DNA of 64,000 nt from Pseudomonadales bacterium (lineage in GTDB: Bacteria; Pseudomonadota; Gammaproteobacteria; Pseudomonadales; Azotimanducaceae): assembly GCA_965267275.1 (NCBI GenBank), contig OZ253950.1, positions 121,333 to 185,332 on the forward strand, read 5' to 3'. The number at the start of each line of letters is the position of its first letter. The stretch's first letter is position 1. The position numbers and the translations under genes are program-made. Under the pieces are notes generated by a model. The model was given only the letters and a program-made list of their open reading frames with translations, was not told the origin of the DNA and searched no databases. Positions 20,892 to 31,010 of the stretch are shown here, one piece after another.

Positions 20892-21391
20892 TATCCTACA
20901 GAAAAAGGTGAATTTCCGGCGCTTAATTGGGCCGCCGGTGGGAGCCTGCGATAGGAGCGCCAAACAGGAATGGCTTACGATCCGGCCACGACGAGGCGAC
21001 GTCAGTAGTACGTACGCAGTTTTGTATTCTCTCCTTCGAACCCTGGTTCGCGTTACACGCAAGCTGTGCGTTGTACTACAAATCTTCGATTTGGGACGGT
21101 CCTTGCGGACCGTTGTACAACGCCTAGCTTGGCAAGGGAGACGCTAGCGCTCTCCCGTTGCATCCCTCTCGCCTCTGGTGCTACCGCACCAGTGAACCGT
21201 TTCGCCGTTTCATCACGAGCAGGCGTTTGGCCGCTGCACCATCACTTGAGGGAGCCTTCGAGCTCCCCCAAGAACCCCATGACGATTTCATCGAGGCCAA
21301 GGGAAAATTCGGCTCTCCCCTGGACCCCATCGCCAAGCGTATTGCCGCTTGAGCACAACCAAAGGCTCATCCTCAGGACTCCACTCTTGCA

Positions 21392-21421
21392 TTGACCGAT
21401 TCCCCAATTTTCCCCTATTGT
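21392..21421 (+). promoter_or_regulatory. Candidate sigma70 promoter for the HTH-hsd operon with tandem operator-like repeats
   Basis: TTGACC (21392-21397), 18 nt, TATTGT (21416-21421); TTCCCCAATT/TTCCCCTATT tandem 10-mers at 21400-21419. Confidence 0.45.
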
Positions 21422-21449
21422 CTCAGGAGCATATGAACCGGAAGCCGCT

Positions 21450-21638
21450 TTGACTCAGGACATACTTACCCTGAAAGAGATCGCCCAGTATCTCCGGCTG
21501 GCTGAGAAAACAGCTTACCGCCTCGCAGCAGAAGGGAAACTCCCTGGCTTCAAGGTTGGTGGAAGCTGGCGTTTTCGCCGCGCGGAAATCGAAACCTGGA
21601 TCGATGAAAGAACAGAACAGCAAGCAAGGACGAAATAG
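21450..21638 (+). CDS. Excisionase-like HTH DNA-binding protein
   Basis: LTLKEIAQYLRLAEKTAYRLAAEGKLPGFKVGGSWRF..EIETWI; TTG start; abuts hsdM. Confidence 0.85.
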   Translation: MTQDILTLKEIAQYLRLAEKTAYRLAAEGKLPGFKVGGSWRFRRAEIETWIDERTEQQARTK

Positions 21639-24092
21639 ATGGCGATTAAAAAGACCGAACTCTACAGCTCACTTTGGGCGAGTTGCGATGAGCTCCGGGG
21701 AGGAATGGATGCCTCGCAATACAAAAACTATATCCTGACCCTGCTTTTCGTTAAGTACGTTTCTGACAAGTACGCAGGTGTAAAGCTCGGGGCGATCGAA
21801 GTGCCAGAGGGAGGCAGTTTTGCGGACATGGTCGCTCAGAAGGGTCAAAAGGATATTGGGGAACAACTCAATAAGATCATTGGGCGTCTTGCAACAGAAA
21901 ACGATATGGCTTGGTTGGCCAGTTCGGACAACGATTTCAACAACGAAGATCGTCTCGGTAAAGGCCAGTCGATGGTTGATACCCTCAGCGCGCTTATTGG
22001 CATATTCGAAAATCTAGACCTCGGGAAGAACCGAGCTGAGGGCGATGATCTTCTCGGCGACGCTTACGAGTATTTGATGCGCCACTTCGCAACAGAGTCC
22101 GGCAAAAGCAAAGGTCAGTTCTATACGCCTGCTGAAGTCTCTCGAATCCTCGCAAAGATTTTGGGTATCAACAAAGACACGAGTCAGGATGAAACGGTTT
22201 ATGACCCTACCTGCGGCTCGGGCTCACTGCTTCTCAAAGTGTTCGATGAGGCCCCGAACGGGCTCACTTTGTATGGCCAAGAGAAGGACAACGCAACGGC
22301 CGCTTTGGCAAAAATGAACATGATCTTGCACGATGCGCCGTCAGCAGACATTTGGCAAGACGATACGCTTTCCGACCCGCATTGGCTGAGCGGAGATACT
22401 TCCCTTAAGACATTCGATTACGCGGTTGCTAATCCGCCATTCTCTTACAAGTCCTGGAGTAACGGCGTAAACGTCAGTGAAGACCCGTTCAAACGATTTG
22501 AGTTTGGAGAACCGCCAGCGAAGAACGGCGACTACGCCTTTCTGCTTCACATCCTGAAATCGCTCAAGAGCACCGGCAAAGGCGCGGTCATTCTCCCTCA
22601 CGGGGTTCTTTTTAGGGGCAATGCTGAGTCAGATATACGGCGTCGAATTGTTCGCCAGGGATTCATCAAGGGAATTATCGGTCTACCGGTGAACTTGTTT
22701 TATGGGACAGGCATTCCCGCCTGCATCATCGTTCTAGACAAGAAAGGCGCAGAAGCGGAACGCCCAATCTTCATGATCGATGCATCAAGAGGGTTTATGA
22801 AAGACGGCAATAAAAACCGACTGCGTTCCCAAGATATTCACAAGATCGTCGACGTATTCAATAAACAGCAAGAAATCGAGCGCTACTCTCGCTTAGTGCC
22901 ATACGAAGAGATTACCGGGAAGAATGAATTTAACCTCAACATACCGCGCTACATTGATGCCAGCGAGCCTGAAGATATCCACGATCTTGATGCGCACCTT
23001 AACGGCGGCATCCCAGCGCGTGACATCACTGCGCTCGACCCCTACTGGAAGGTGTTTCCGACCCTGCAAAAAACACTGTTTGAGCAGGGCCCGCGCGATG
23101 GTTACCTAGATGTAATTGTTCCTGGCCGTGAGATCAAGCCAACGATCATCGAGCATCCAGAATTTGAGGCGTTTAAATCGCAGACACTTTCGAGATTTGA
23201 GACGTGGAAAGAGAAGCACCGTGCACGCGTCCAAAGCATCGGGGTCGGTGAAAACCCAAAACAGATCATCAATGAAATTTCAGAAGACTTGCTCGACCGT
23301 TTCAGCGACGCACCGCTTCTTGATCGCTACGACGTATATCAAATCATCATGGATTACTGGGCTGAAACCATGCAGGACGATATGTATATGCTCGTCCAAG
23401 ACGGATGGGACGCGGCAAATGTCGTACGTGAAATCCTCCCGGTCAAGGACAAGAGCGGCAAATCATCCTACAAGGAAGACCACCATTTTGAGTTTAAACA
23501 AGGCCGCACCAAAACGCGCTACCGCAGTGACATCATCCTGCCCAATCTAGTTGCTGATGCTTTCTTTGTCGAACAGCGAGACACGCTGCGCGACGCGCAA
23601 TCCGCATACGAGAACGCGACTCAGGAGCTTGAGACTTTCGTCGAGGAGAACAGCGGAGATGAAGGCCTAATCGAAGATGCTAAGAACGAGAAAGGCAACA
23701 TCACCCAGAAAGGTCTGAAAGACCGCTTAAAGGAGGCAACCGACCCAGAAGAAATCGAGGCGCTTAAATCCTGCATATTGTTGCTAGCGGCAGAATCTAA
23801 CGCCAAGACTGCTGCCAAAAATGCAAAGGAAGAGCTTGATCTCGCAATCTTCCAGAAAATCCCAAACATCGCTGAGCCTGATCGAAAGCGATTAGTCATT
23901 GAGGAGAAATGGTTCAGCGACCTAGAAGATGGTCTCGTCGAAGAGATCGAGCGGGTAACGCAACGATTGGCGAAGAGGCTAACAACCTTGGAAGATCGCT
24001 ACGCAGCAACGCTCCCCGAACTCTCAAACGATGTCGAGGTGTATTCGACTCGCGTAGGGCAACACCTCGAAGCGATGGGGATTTCATGGTGA
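21639..24092 (+). CDS. hsdM: Type I restriction-modification methyltransferase subunit
   Basis: LWASCDELRG, GQFYTPAEV, DPTCGSGSLL (motif I), ANPPF (motif IV). Confidence 0.95.
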   Translation: MAIKKTELYSSLWASCDELRGGMDASQYKNYILTLLFVKYVSDKYAGVKLGAIEVPEGGSFADMVAQKGQKDIGEQLNKIIGRLATENDMAWLASSDNDFNNEDRLGKGQSMVDTLSALIGIFENLDLGKNRAEGDDLLGDAYEYLMRHFATESGKSKGQFYTPAEVSRILAKILGINKDTSQDETVYDPTCGSGSLLLKVFDEAPNGLTLYGQEKDNATAALAKMNMILHDAPSADIWQDDTLSDPHWLSGDTSLKTFDYAVANPPFSYKSWSNGVNVSEDPFKRFEFGEPPAKNGDYAFLLHILKSLKSTGKGAVILPHGVLFRGNAESDIRRRIVRQGFIKGIIGLPVNLFYGTGIPACIIVLDKKGAEAERPIFMIDASRGFMKDGNKNRLRSQDIHKIVDVFNKQQEIERYSRLVPYEEITGKNEFNLNIPRYIDASEPEDIHDLDAHLNGGIPARDITALDPYWKVFPTLQKTLFEQGPRDGYLDVIVPGREIKPTIIEHPEFEAFKSQTLSRFETWKEKHRARVQSIGVGENPKQIINEISEDLLDRFSDAPLLDRYDVYQIIMDYWAETMQDDMYMLVQDGWDAANVVREILPVKDKSGKSSYKEDHHFEFKQGRTKTRYRSDIILPNLVADAFFVEQRDTLRDAQSAYENATQELETFVEENSGDEGLIEDAKNEKGNITQKGLKDRLKEATDPEEIEALKSCILLLAAESNAKTAAKNAKEELDLAIFQKIPNIAEPDRKRLVIEEKWFSDLEDGLVEEIERVTQRLAKRLTTLEDRYAATLPELSNDVEVYSTRVGQHLEAMGISW

Positions 24093-25462
24093 CGAAGGGA
24101 TTCAAACGAACGGAGATCGGTGAGTTTCCTGAAGATTGGTTCGAAGTGAGCCTGGGCGAGTATGGTGTGAAGATTGGTAGTGGTATGACTCCGAGAGGGG
24201 GTTCAGCCGTTTACAGGGACAGTGGCAGACCATTTGTACGAAGCCAAAACGTTGGGTGGGGTCACCTGAGGTTACATGATCTAGCGTTTATAGACGACGT
24301 CACCCATAGAACGTTTCCAGCGACAGAAATTCGTGAGGGCGACGTGCTCTTAAACATTACCGGAGCTTCAATCGGACGCTGTGCCATCGCATCGTCTTTT
24401 CTTGACGGGGGCAATGTTAATCAGCATGTCTGCATCATTCGTACGAAGCCCGCACTCTCGCAGAATTACCTAAGTTACGTGCTTTTGTCGTCAATTGGGC
24501 AGAAGCAGATAGAAAGTTTCCAAGCCGGAGGCAACCGCGAGGGTCTAAACTTCGGCCAAATTCGTTCCATTCGACTACCGCAACCACCTACTTTGGATGA
24601 ACAGGAAAGAATTGCTCGCGCTCTTTCCGATACGGATAAGTTAATTGCGTCGCTCGAAAAGCTCATCATCAAGAAGAAAGACATCAAAACTGCAACATTG
24701 CAGCAGTTACTGACGGGTAAAACGCGGTTACCTGGCTTTGGTGAAGGAAAAGGCTACAAACAAACCGAGCTGGGTAAGATTCCAGAGGATTGGTCATTAA
24801 GCTCATACGGTGAAGTTTTCCATTTCCTGCGGACAGCTAGCAATTCTCGAAGCGAACTCAGTGAAGATGGTGACACCTTGTACATTCATTACGGAGATAT
24901 ACACACGCAGTTCCACCATCACCTCGATCCTAAACTAGCTTCTGTTCCTAGAATCTCAGAAGAGCTTGTAAAGACTGCGAACTTTGTTCGAGATGGAGAC
25001 TTATTAATGGCGGATGCTTCTGAAGACTACGAAGGAATCGGGAAGAGTATAGAAGTTGTCAACGTTGGCAGCCAAAAAATGGTTGCAGGTCTACATACTT
25101 TCCTGCTACGCGACACTAAAGGTGTATTCGCTCCGGGATTCAAAGGCTATTTGCACGAAATCAGGTCTGTAAAAGCATCTCTTGACCGCTTAGCAACAGG
25201 TCTCAAGGTATACGGGCTATCCAAATCAAGCCTCCAACAGGTCCTCATTCCTGTTCCGTCGTACGCAGAACAGGAAGCCATTACTGCTGTGCTTAGCGAT
25301 ATCGAGAGCGAGCTCAACTGCTTGGAAGAGAAGCTTGGCAAGGTAAAGCTAACCAAACGAGGCATGATGCAGGAGTTACTCACTGGGCGAACGCGGCTCG
25401 TTAATGCGCAGGCGCCAGAGAGCAAGCTTGAAGAAGAACCCGAGCGCTTACATGGAACGTAG
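24086..25462 (+). CDS. hsdS: Type I R-M specificity subunit
   Basis: Two TRDs with conserved repeats IGEFPEDW/LGKIPEDW, EQERIA/EQEAIT, QQLLTGKTRL/QELLTGRTRL; start overlaps the hsdM stop. Confidence 0.93.
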   Translation: MVTKGFKRTEIGEFPEDWFEVSLGEYGVKIGSGMTPRGGSAVYRDSGRPFVRSQNVGWGHLRLHDLAFIDDVTHRTFPATEIREGDVLLNITGASIGRCAIASSFLDGGNVNQHVCIIRTKPALSQNYLSYVLLSSIGQKQIESFQAGGNREGLNFGQIRSIRLPQPPTLDEQERIARALSDTDKLIASLEKLIIKKKDIKTATLQQLLTGKTRLPGFGEGKGYKQTELGKIPEDWSLSSYGEVFHFLRTASNSRSELSEDGDTLYIHYGDIHTQFHHHLDPKLASVPRISEELVKTANFVRDGDLLMADASEDYEGIGKSIEVVNVGSQKMVAGLHTFLLRDTKGVFAPGFKGYLHEIRSVKASLDRLATGLKVYGLSKSSLQQVLIPVPSYAEQEAITAVLSDIESELNCLEEKLGKVKLTKRGMMQELLTGRTRLVNAQAPESKLEEEPERLHGT

Positions 25463-25465
25463 CAG

Positions 25466-26407
25466 ATGAACGTTATTAGAAACTACTATCGGGTGATGCT
25501 TGGGCGCAGCAGTGTCCATGCTGCAGAATGCCGTGAAGGCGGTTTTATCGGCGGTGATTGGGGTATTGATGTTGATCTGACGGATCGCCTGCCTGAGAAC
25601 TGGCGTGAGTTCAACAAGGAGTTCCGACCGGTTTTTCTTGAGCGAAGACCTGATAAAACCAAGGTCGCTGCAGGGCTTGCGTGCGGCATGTTGCACACGA
25701 TTTGCAAGGGCATGAATGTCGGAGACATCGTGCTGTGCCCTGATGGATCAGGCAGTTATCTCGTTGGAGAGATTGCCGGTGAATACAGTTACTCACCCGA
25801 CGAAATTCTTCCGCATCGTCGACCGGTTCAATGGTATCCAAACACCATTGATCGCGCGGATATGTCGCCTGGCCTGCAAAATTCTGCTGGGTCCATTGGC
25901 ACCGTCAGTAAAATTAGCAAACACGCAGCCGAACTTGAGGCTCTACTGGAAGGCAACACGCTCCCAGAATTGATCGCCTCAGACGAACTTGTCGAAGACC
26001 CCGCAGTATTTGCTCTTGAGCAGCACCTTGAAGATTTTCTTGTTCAGAACTGGTCAGCGACGGAGCTCGGCCAGAACTACGATATCGTGACAGACGAAGG
26101 AGAAATCGTTGGCCAGCAATACCCTTCGGACACGGGCCCCATAGACATCCTGGCTCAAAGTAAGGACGGCTCGGAATACCTTGTCGTAGAGCTTAAGAAG
26201 GGGCGCGCAAGTGATGCCGTCGTTGGGCAAATCCAGCGCTACATGGGTTACGTCCTTGATGATTTGGCGGAAGAGGGTCAGATCGTACGCGGCGTGATCG
26301 TAGCTCTAGAAGATGACCTGCGTCTACGCCGCGCATTGCGCGTCACGAACAACATCGACTTTTATCGTTATCAGGTGAGTTTCCGGTTATTCAGGAACGA
26401 AGAGTAA
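25466..26407 (+). CDS. NucS/Mrr-like PD-(D/E)xK endonuclease with an N-terminal accessory domain
   Basis: EQHLEDFL, GPIDILA..YLVVELKKG, VGQIQRYMG. Confidence 0.75.
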   Translation: MNVIRNYYRVMLGRSSVHAAECREGGFIGGDWGIDVDLTDRLPENWREFNKEFRPVFLERRPDKTKVAAGLACGMLHTICKGMNVGDIVLCPDGSGSYLVGEIAGEYSYSPDEILPHRRPVQWYPNTIDRADMSPGLQNSAGSIGTVSKISKHAAELEALLEGNTLPELIASDELVEDPAVFALEQHLEDFLVQNWSATELGQNYDIVTDEGEIVGQQYPSDTGPIDILAQSKDGSEYLVVELKKGRASDAVVGQIQRYMGYVLDDLAEEGQIVRGVIVALEDDLRLRRALRVTNNIDFYRYQVSFRLFRNEE

Positions 26408-26415
26408 GGGACAGC

Positions 26416-29400
26416 ATGCCAAGCGTAGGAGAAAAAGAGCGCCTAACACAAAACAGAATTATCAAGCTGTTTAGTGGCGAGCTTGGATATGAATATCTTG
26501 GCAATTGGGAAGATCGTGAAGGTAATTCCAACATCGAGATCGGCATTCTCTCCGCCTGGCTCGAAAGACGAGGTGTTAGCGATGCTTTAATCAAGCGAGC
26601 CTTACGTGAGCTTGAAATTGCGGCTGCGCTTGGCGAGGGCCGTCACCTCTATGATGCCAACAAAGATGTCTACTCCCTTCTTCGTTACGGCGTGAAGGTT
26701 AGCGAAGGGGCGGGCGAACAAACGCAAACAGTATGGCTGATTGATTGGGAAGACGTTGAGGCAAACGATTTCGCCGTTGCCGAAGAAGTCTCAATCACTG
26801 GTGAGCATAAAAAGCGTCCCGACGTGGTGCTCTATGTGAATGGCATTGCTTTAGGTGTGATCGAACTCAAACGTTCAAGCGTTTCCGTTGCTGAAGGTAT
26901 TCGGCAAAATCTCGACAACCAGAAAAAAACCTTCATCCGCAACTTTTTTACCAGCATGCAACTCGTCATGGCAGGTAATGATACTGAAGGTATGCGTTAC
27001 GGCACGATCGAAACGCCGGAAAAGCACTACTACCAGTGGAAAGAAGAAGTTTCGGGTGGCTCCGATAACCCGCTCGATTTCCAGCTTGCTTGTATGTGTA
27101 ACAAGCAGCGCTTCTTAGAGATCATCAACAACTTCATCGTGTTTGACTCAGGCGTTAAGAAAACCTGCCGTCATAATCAATATTTTGGGGTTAAGGCAGC
27201 GCAAGCACGAGTTCCTGGCAAGGAAGGCGGGATCATCTGGCATACGCAAGGCTCTGGAAAGTCTCTGACGATGGTCTGGCTTGCCAAATGGATTAGAGAG
27301 AACGTCACCGATCCGCGCGTTCTCGTCATCACCGACCGCACAGAGCTTGACCAGCAGATTGAAGGCGTCTTTACCGGTGTGCATGAGAAAATTCATCGCA
27401 CGAAATCAGGTGCCGACCTCATCAGCGTTCTTAATCAGGCTAATCCTTGGCTACTGTGTTCTCTTGTTCACAAGTTTGGCCGCCAATCTGAAGACCTAGA
27501 CGATAAGGCCACAGATGAATATATCGCGGAGTTGAAGAAAAGCCTCCCATCCGATTTCAACGCCAAGGGCAATCTTTTTGTTTTTGTTGATGAGTGTCAT
27601 CGTACACAAAGCGGCAAACTCCATGAGGCCATGAAGGCGATCCTGCCCGATGCCATGTTCATCGGGTTTACAGGCACTCCGCTTCTGAAGACGGACAAGA
27701 AAAAAAGCATCGAAGTCTTTGGACGATTTATCCATACCTACAAGTTCGATGAGGCGGTTTCTGACGGTGTTGTACTTGACCTCAGATACGAGGCGCGTGA
27801 CATCGATCAGTATGTAACGTCTCCTAAGAAGGTTGATCAGTGGTTTGATCTCAAGACCAGAGGTCTTTCGGATATGGCGCGCGCTCAGCTCAAGCTGAAA
27901 TGGGGCACGATGCAAAAAGTCCTTTCCTCACAAGACCGGCTTGAGCAGATCGTCAACGACATCCTTATCGACATGGAAACCAAGCCGCGTCTAATGGACG
28001 GGCGCGGTAATGCGATGCTGGTATGTTCCAGCATCTACCAAGCATGCAAGGTCTACGAGATTTTCGAAAAGACCGATCTTGCGTCAAAGGTCGCAATCGT
28101 CACCAGTTACCATCCTTCGACCGCCGACATCAAGGGCGAGGAATCTGGCGAGGGGAAAACAGAACGCCTTCGTAAATACGACATTTATCGACGCATGCTT
28201 TCTTCGTATCTGGAGATGGATGAAGACGAGGCGATGAAGCATGTCGATGAATTTGAAAAGCAGGTCAAAGATAAGTTCGTTAAAGAGCCTGGACAGATGC
28301 GTTTGTTGATTGTGGTCGACAAATTGCTAACTGGATTTGATGCGCCTTCTGCGACCTATCTCTATATCGACAAGGAGATGCGTGATCACGGTCTATTTCA
28401 AGCGATCTGCCGTGTTAATCGTCTCGACGGCGATGACAAAGAATATGGCTATATCGTCGATTACAAAGATCTCTTCCATAGGCTGGAAGGCGCCATCGGC
28501 GATTACACAAATGGCGCTTTTGATGGCTATGAGGCTTCCGATGTCGCAGGGCTACTAACTGACCGACTGGAAAAAGCGCGAGAAAAGCTCGAAGAATCTC
28601 GCGAGACCGTCAAAGCACTCTGCGAGGCTGTTCTAGAGCCCAAGGGTCAGAGTGAGTACCGCCATTACTTCTGCGGGGATCCAGCAAAACCTGAACAGTT
28701 GCGTGACAACGAAGGAAAACGTCTCGCGCTTTATAAGTCGGTAGCCAGCTTACTCCGGGCTTACGCAAATCTCGCAAATGAACTAGAGGAAGCCGGATAC
28801 TCAACAGATCAGGCAGCGAGCATAAAAGAAGAGGTGGAGCACTACGCGAAAGTTCGCGAAGAGATCAAACTCGCTAGCGGCGATTATGTTGATATGAAGC
28901 TCTACGAGCCTGCAATGCGACATCTGCTCGACACTTATATTAGAGCGGAAGATTCAGAGCTTGTTGCCGATTTTGAAGAGCTCGGCCTGATTGATCTGAT
29001 TGTTCAAAAAGGTCTGGGAGCCCTGGAATCGCTGCCTTACTCGATGCAAGCGAACGAAGAATCCATGGCAGAAACGATCGAAAACAACATGCGCAAGGTC
29101 ATCATCGACGAGCAGGCTGTAAACCCGAAATACTACGAGCGCATGTCCGAACTGCTCGACGCTCTCATTGAAGAGCGTCGTAAGCAAGCGATCAGCTACA
29201 AGGAATACCTAGAAAAGATCAAGGACTTATCGGTACAGGTCGTTAATCCTGGGGGCTTGAAGCAGAGCGACTATCCCAGCGAGATTGATACATCTGCAAA
29301 GAAAGCGCTCTTTGACAATCTTGGCCAGGATGTGGCCTTGGCGCTCGGAATTGATGAGGCGGTACGTAAAACCAAAAAAGCAGATTGGATTGGCAGTCGA

Positions 29401-29505
29401 GTTCGCGAGCGCGAAGTAGCCAAAGCGATATTTGAGGTTCTTGGCGACGATCGGGAGTTGGACCGAATACTCGAACTCGTGAAAAACCAGGGCGAGTACC
29501 AATGA
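26416..29505 (+). CDS. hsdR: Type I restriction endonuclease subunit R
   Basis: PDVVLYVNG..VIELK nuclease motif, HTQGSGKS, DECHR, GFTGTP, LLTGFDAP, QAICRVNR. Confidence 0.95.
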   Translation: MPSVGEKERLTQNRIIKLFSGELGYEYLGNWEDREGNSNIEIGILSAWLERRGVSDALIKRALRELEIAAALGEGRHLYDANKDVYSLLRYGVKVSEGAGEQTQTVWLIDWEDVEANDFAVAEEVSITGEHKKRPDVVLYVNGIALGVIELKRSSVSVAEGIRQNLDNQKKTFIRNFFTSMQLVMAGNDTEGMRYGTIETPEKHYYQWKEEVSGGSDNPLDFQLACMCNKQRFLEIINNFIVFDSGVKKTCRHNQYFGVKAAQARVPGKEGGIIWHTQGSGKSLTMVWLAKWIRENVTDPRVLVITDRTELDQQIEGVFTGVHEKIHRTKSGADLISVLNQANPWLLCSLVHKFGRQSEDLDDKATDEYIAELKKSLPSDFNAKGNLFVFVDECHRTQSGKLHEAMKAILPDAMFIGFTGTPLLKTDKKKSIEVFGRFIHTYKFDEAVSDGVVLDLRYEARDIDQYVTSPKKVDQWFDLKTRGLSDMARAQLKLKWGTMQKVLSSQDRLEQIVNDILIDMETKPRLMDGRGNAMLVCSSIYQACKVYEIFEKTDLASKVAIVTSYHPSTADIKGEESGEGKTERLRKYDIYRRMLSSYLEMDEDEAMKHVDEFEKQVKDKFVKEPGQMRLLIVVDKLLTGFDAPSATYLYIDKEMRDHGLFQAICRVNRLDGDDKEYGYIVDYKDLFHRLEGAIGDYTNGAFDGYEASDVAGLLTDRLEKAREKLEESRETVKALCEAVLEPKGQSEYRHYFCGDPAKPEQLRDNEGKRLALYKSVASLLRAYANLANELEEAGYSTDQAASIKEEVEHYAKVREEIKLASGDYVDMKLYEPAMRHLLDTYIRAEDSELVADFEELGLIDLIVQKGLGALESLPYSMQANEESMAETIENNMRKVIIDEQAVNPKYYERMSELLDALIEERRKQAISYKEYLEKIKDLSVQVVNPGGLKQSDYPSEIDTSAKKALFDNLGQDVALALGIDEAVRKTKKADWIGSRVREREVAKAIFEVLGDDRELDRILELVKNQGEYQ

Positions 29506-30212
29506 TTACGGTAGCCAACATCGATGTCGAGATCGTTCGCAAAAATATCAAGAACATTCATCTGGGTGTTTACCCTCCTGAGGGCCACGTTCGAGTTTCG
29601 GTTCCGGCACACGTCACGGATGAAAACGTTCGCTTGGCTGTGATATCACGCCTACCTTGGATAAGGAAACGCCAAGATGAAATGCGCAGACAACCACGCC
29701 AAAGCAAGCGCGAGTACGTGTCAGGAGAAAGCCATTTTTTTCTCGGTCGTAGGTACAACCTTCAGGTGGTTGAGGTACCCGGTAGACCTAGGCTGGTTCT
29801 GCAGAGCAATGCCAAGATGTGTTTGCAGATCCCACCCCATACTAGCTTAGAGAAACGCTCTCGGGTTTTTAGCAACTTCTACCGTGCCCATCTAAAAGAT
29901 CAGATACCCAGACTTCTAGATAAGTGGCAACCGATTGTCGGTAAAGAAGCCGCGGACTGGGGCGTTAAAAAAATGAAAACCAAATGGGGCAGCTGCAACA
30001 TCACGGAGCGGCGAATTTGGTTGAACTTAGAACTCGCGAAGAAGTCGCCGGAATGTCTCGAATACATTCTCGTGCACGAGCTTGTGCACCTGCACGAGCG
30101 CCACCACAACGAGAACTTTAGAAAGCTGATGGACAAGTTCTTGCCGAGTTGGCGAAGAAGTCGCGATGTTCTCAAAAGCGAACCGCTGGCACATGAAGAT
30201 TGGAGCTATTGA
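29502..30212 (+). CDS. M48/SprT-like (YgjP, DUF45) zinc metallopeptidase
   Basis: MKTKWGSC, EYILVHELVHL...H; typical position after hsdR. Confidence 0.85.
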   Translation: MITVANIDVEIVRKNIKNIHLGVYPPEGHVRVSVPAHVTDENVRLAVISRLPWIRKRQDEMRRQPRQSKREYVSGESHFFLGRRYNLQVVEVPGRPRLVLQSNAKMCLQIPPHTSLEKRSRVFSNFYRAHLKDQIPRLLDKWQPIVGKEAADWGVKKMKTKWGSCNITERRIWLNLELAKKSPECLEYILVHELVHLHERHHNENFRKLMDKFLPSWRRSRDVLKSEPLAHEDWSY

Positions 30213-30236
30213 TGGAGGGAGTGGAATAGTACGTCT

Positions 30237-31010
30237 ATGTTGAGTTTCTCTGATTGGAGTACGAAGAAAGAGGAGGAAGTGAATGGGCACTCGCTGTCTC
30301 TGATTTCCGTGCCAGAGGAATCAATTGAGGTCGCGCGAACGAACATTACGGCAGTAGTGCCAGATCACTATGCGTCGCCTGAAAGATTAGCAGATATTCT
30401 AGACAGGCTTGGTAAGCCTGCAGTGGCAAACTTGCTTCGCACGAAACTTCCAACCACTCCGACTTTGCGCTCCGGAGAACTTGGCGAGATCTATGCCACT
30501 GAATACATTGATGAGCACACCGAATACAGAGCACCAATTAAGCGCCTTCGGTGGAAAGACCATCGGGACATGGCCATGCGTGGCGACGATGTTATCGGAA
30601 TTTGTTGGCTCGACGGAGGAGAACCCATTCAGTTCTTGAAGACGGAAGCCAAGAGTGCGGCTAACGTAGCGACGGCGACCATCGAAAAAGCGCGAGGCGC
30701 TCTTGACGGCTGCGATGGTCGGCCATCTGAACACTCATTGTCATTTATCGCCGATCGCCTCTTCGAGCTTGGTCAAGAAGAGCTCGCCGATGCGATTAAC
30801 CTAGCTCTGCTCAGGGATGGGATTGATCTGTCTCAAGTTCAACATCTCGTATTCACCTTCTCAGGAAACGCGCCAGATGACTTCATTAGAGCTGATCTAA
30901 GCAACTATGGAGGTCCCATTGAACAACTCGGAGTTGGGTTAAGAATATCGTCGCATCAAGAATTCATAGCAAGTGTGTTCTCAGATCTGGTAGGCGATAG
31001 TGAATCTTGA
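30237..31010 (+). CDS. hamA: Hachiman HamA-like nuclease (DUF1837)
   Basis: RSGELGEI, GDDVIG...LKTEAKS nuclease-like motif; overlaps the downstream helicase. Confidence 0.75.
   Translation: MLSFSDWSTKKEEEVNGHSLSLISVPEESIEVARTNITAVVPDHYASPERLADILDRLGKPAVANLLRTKLPTTPTLRSGELGEIYATEYIDEHTEYRAPIKRLRWKDHRDMAMRGDDVIGICWLDGGEPIQFLKTEAKSAANVATATIEKARGALDGCDGRPSEHSLSFIADRLFELGQEELADAINLALLRDGIDLSQVQHLVFTFSGNAPDDFIRADLSNYGGPIEQLGVGLRISSHQEFIASVFSDLVGDSES

Noticed and set aside
21448-21454. CTTTGAC, identical to the prfB +1 frameshift site
   Set aside because: The +1 frame closes after about 16 codons; the HTH gene is in the -1 frame and no internal SD sits at the required spacing.
23909-24085. N-terminal extension of hsdS (similar over-extensions for yeaG, tsaD, folB, rfbD)
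   Set aside because: Overlaps neighbouring genes; homologous sequence begins at the downstream starts given in the features.
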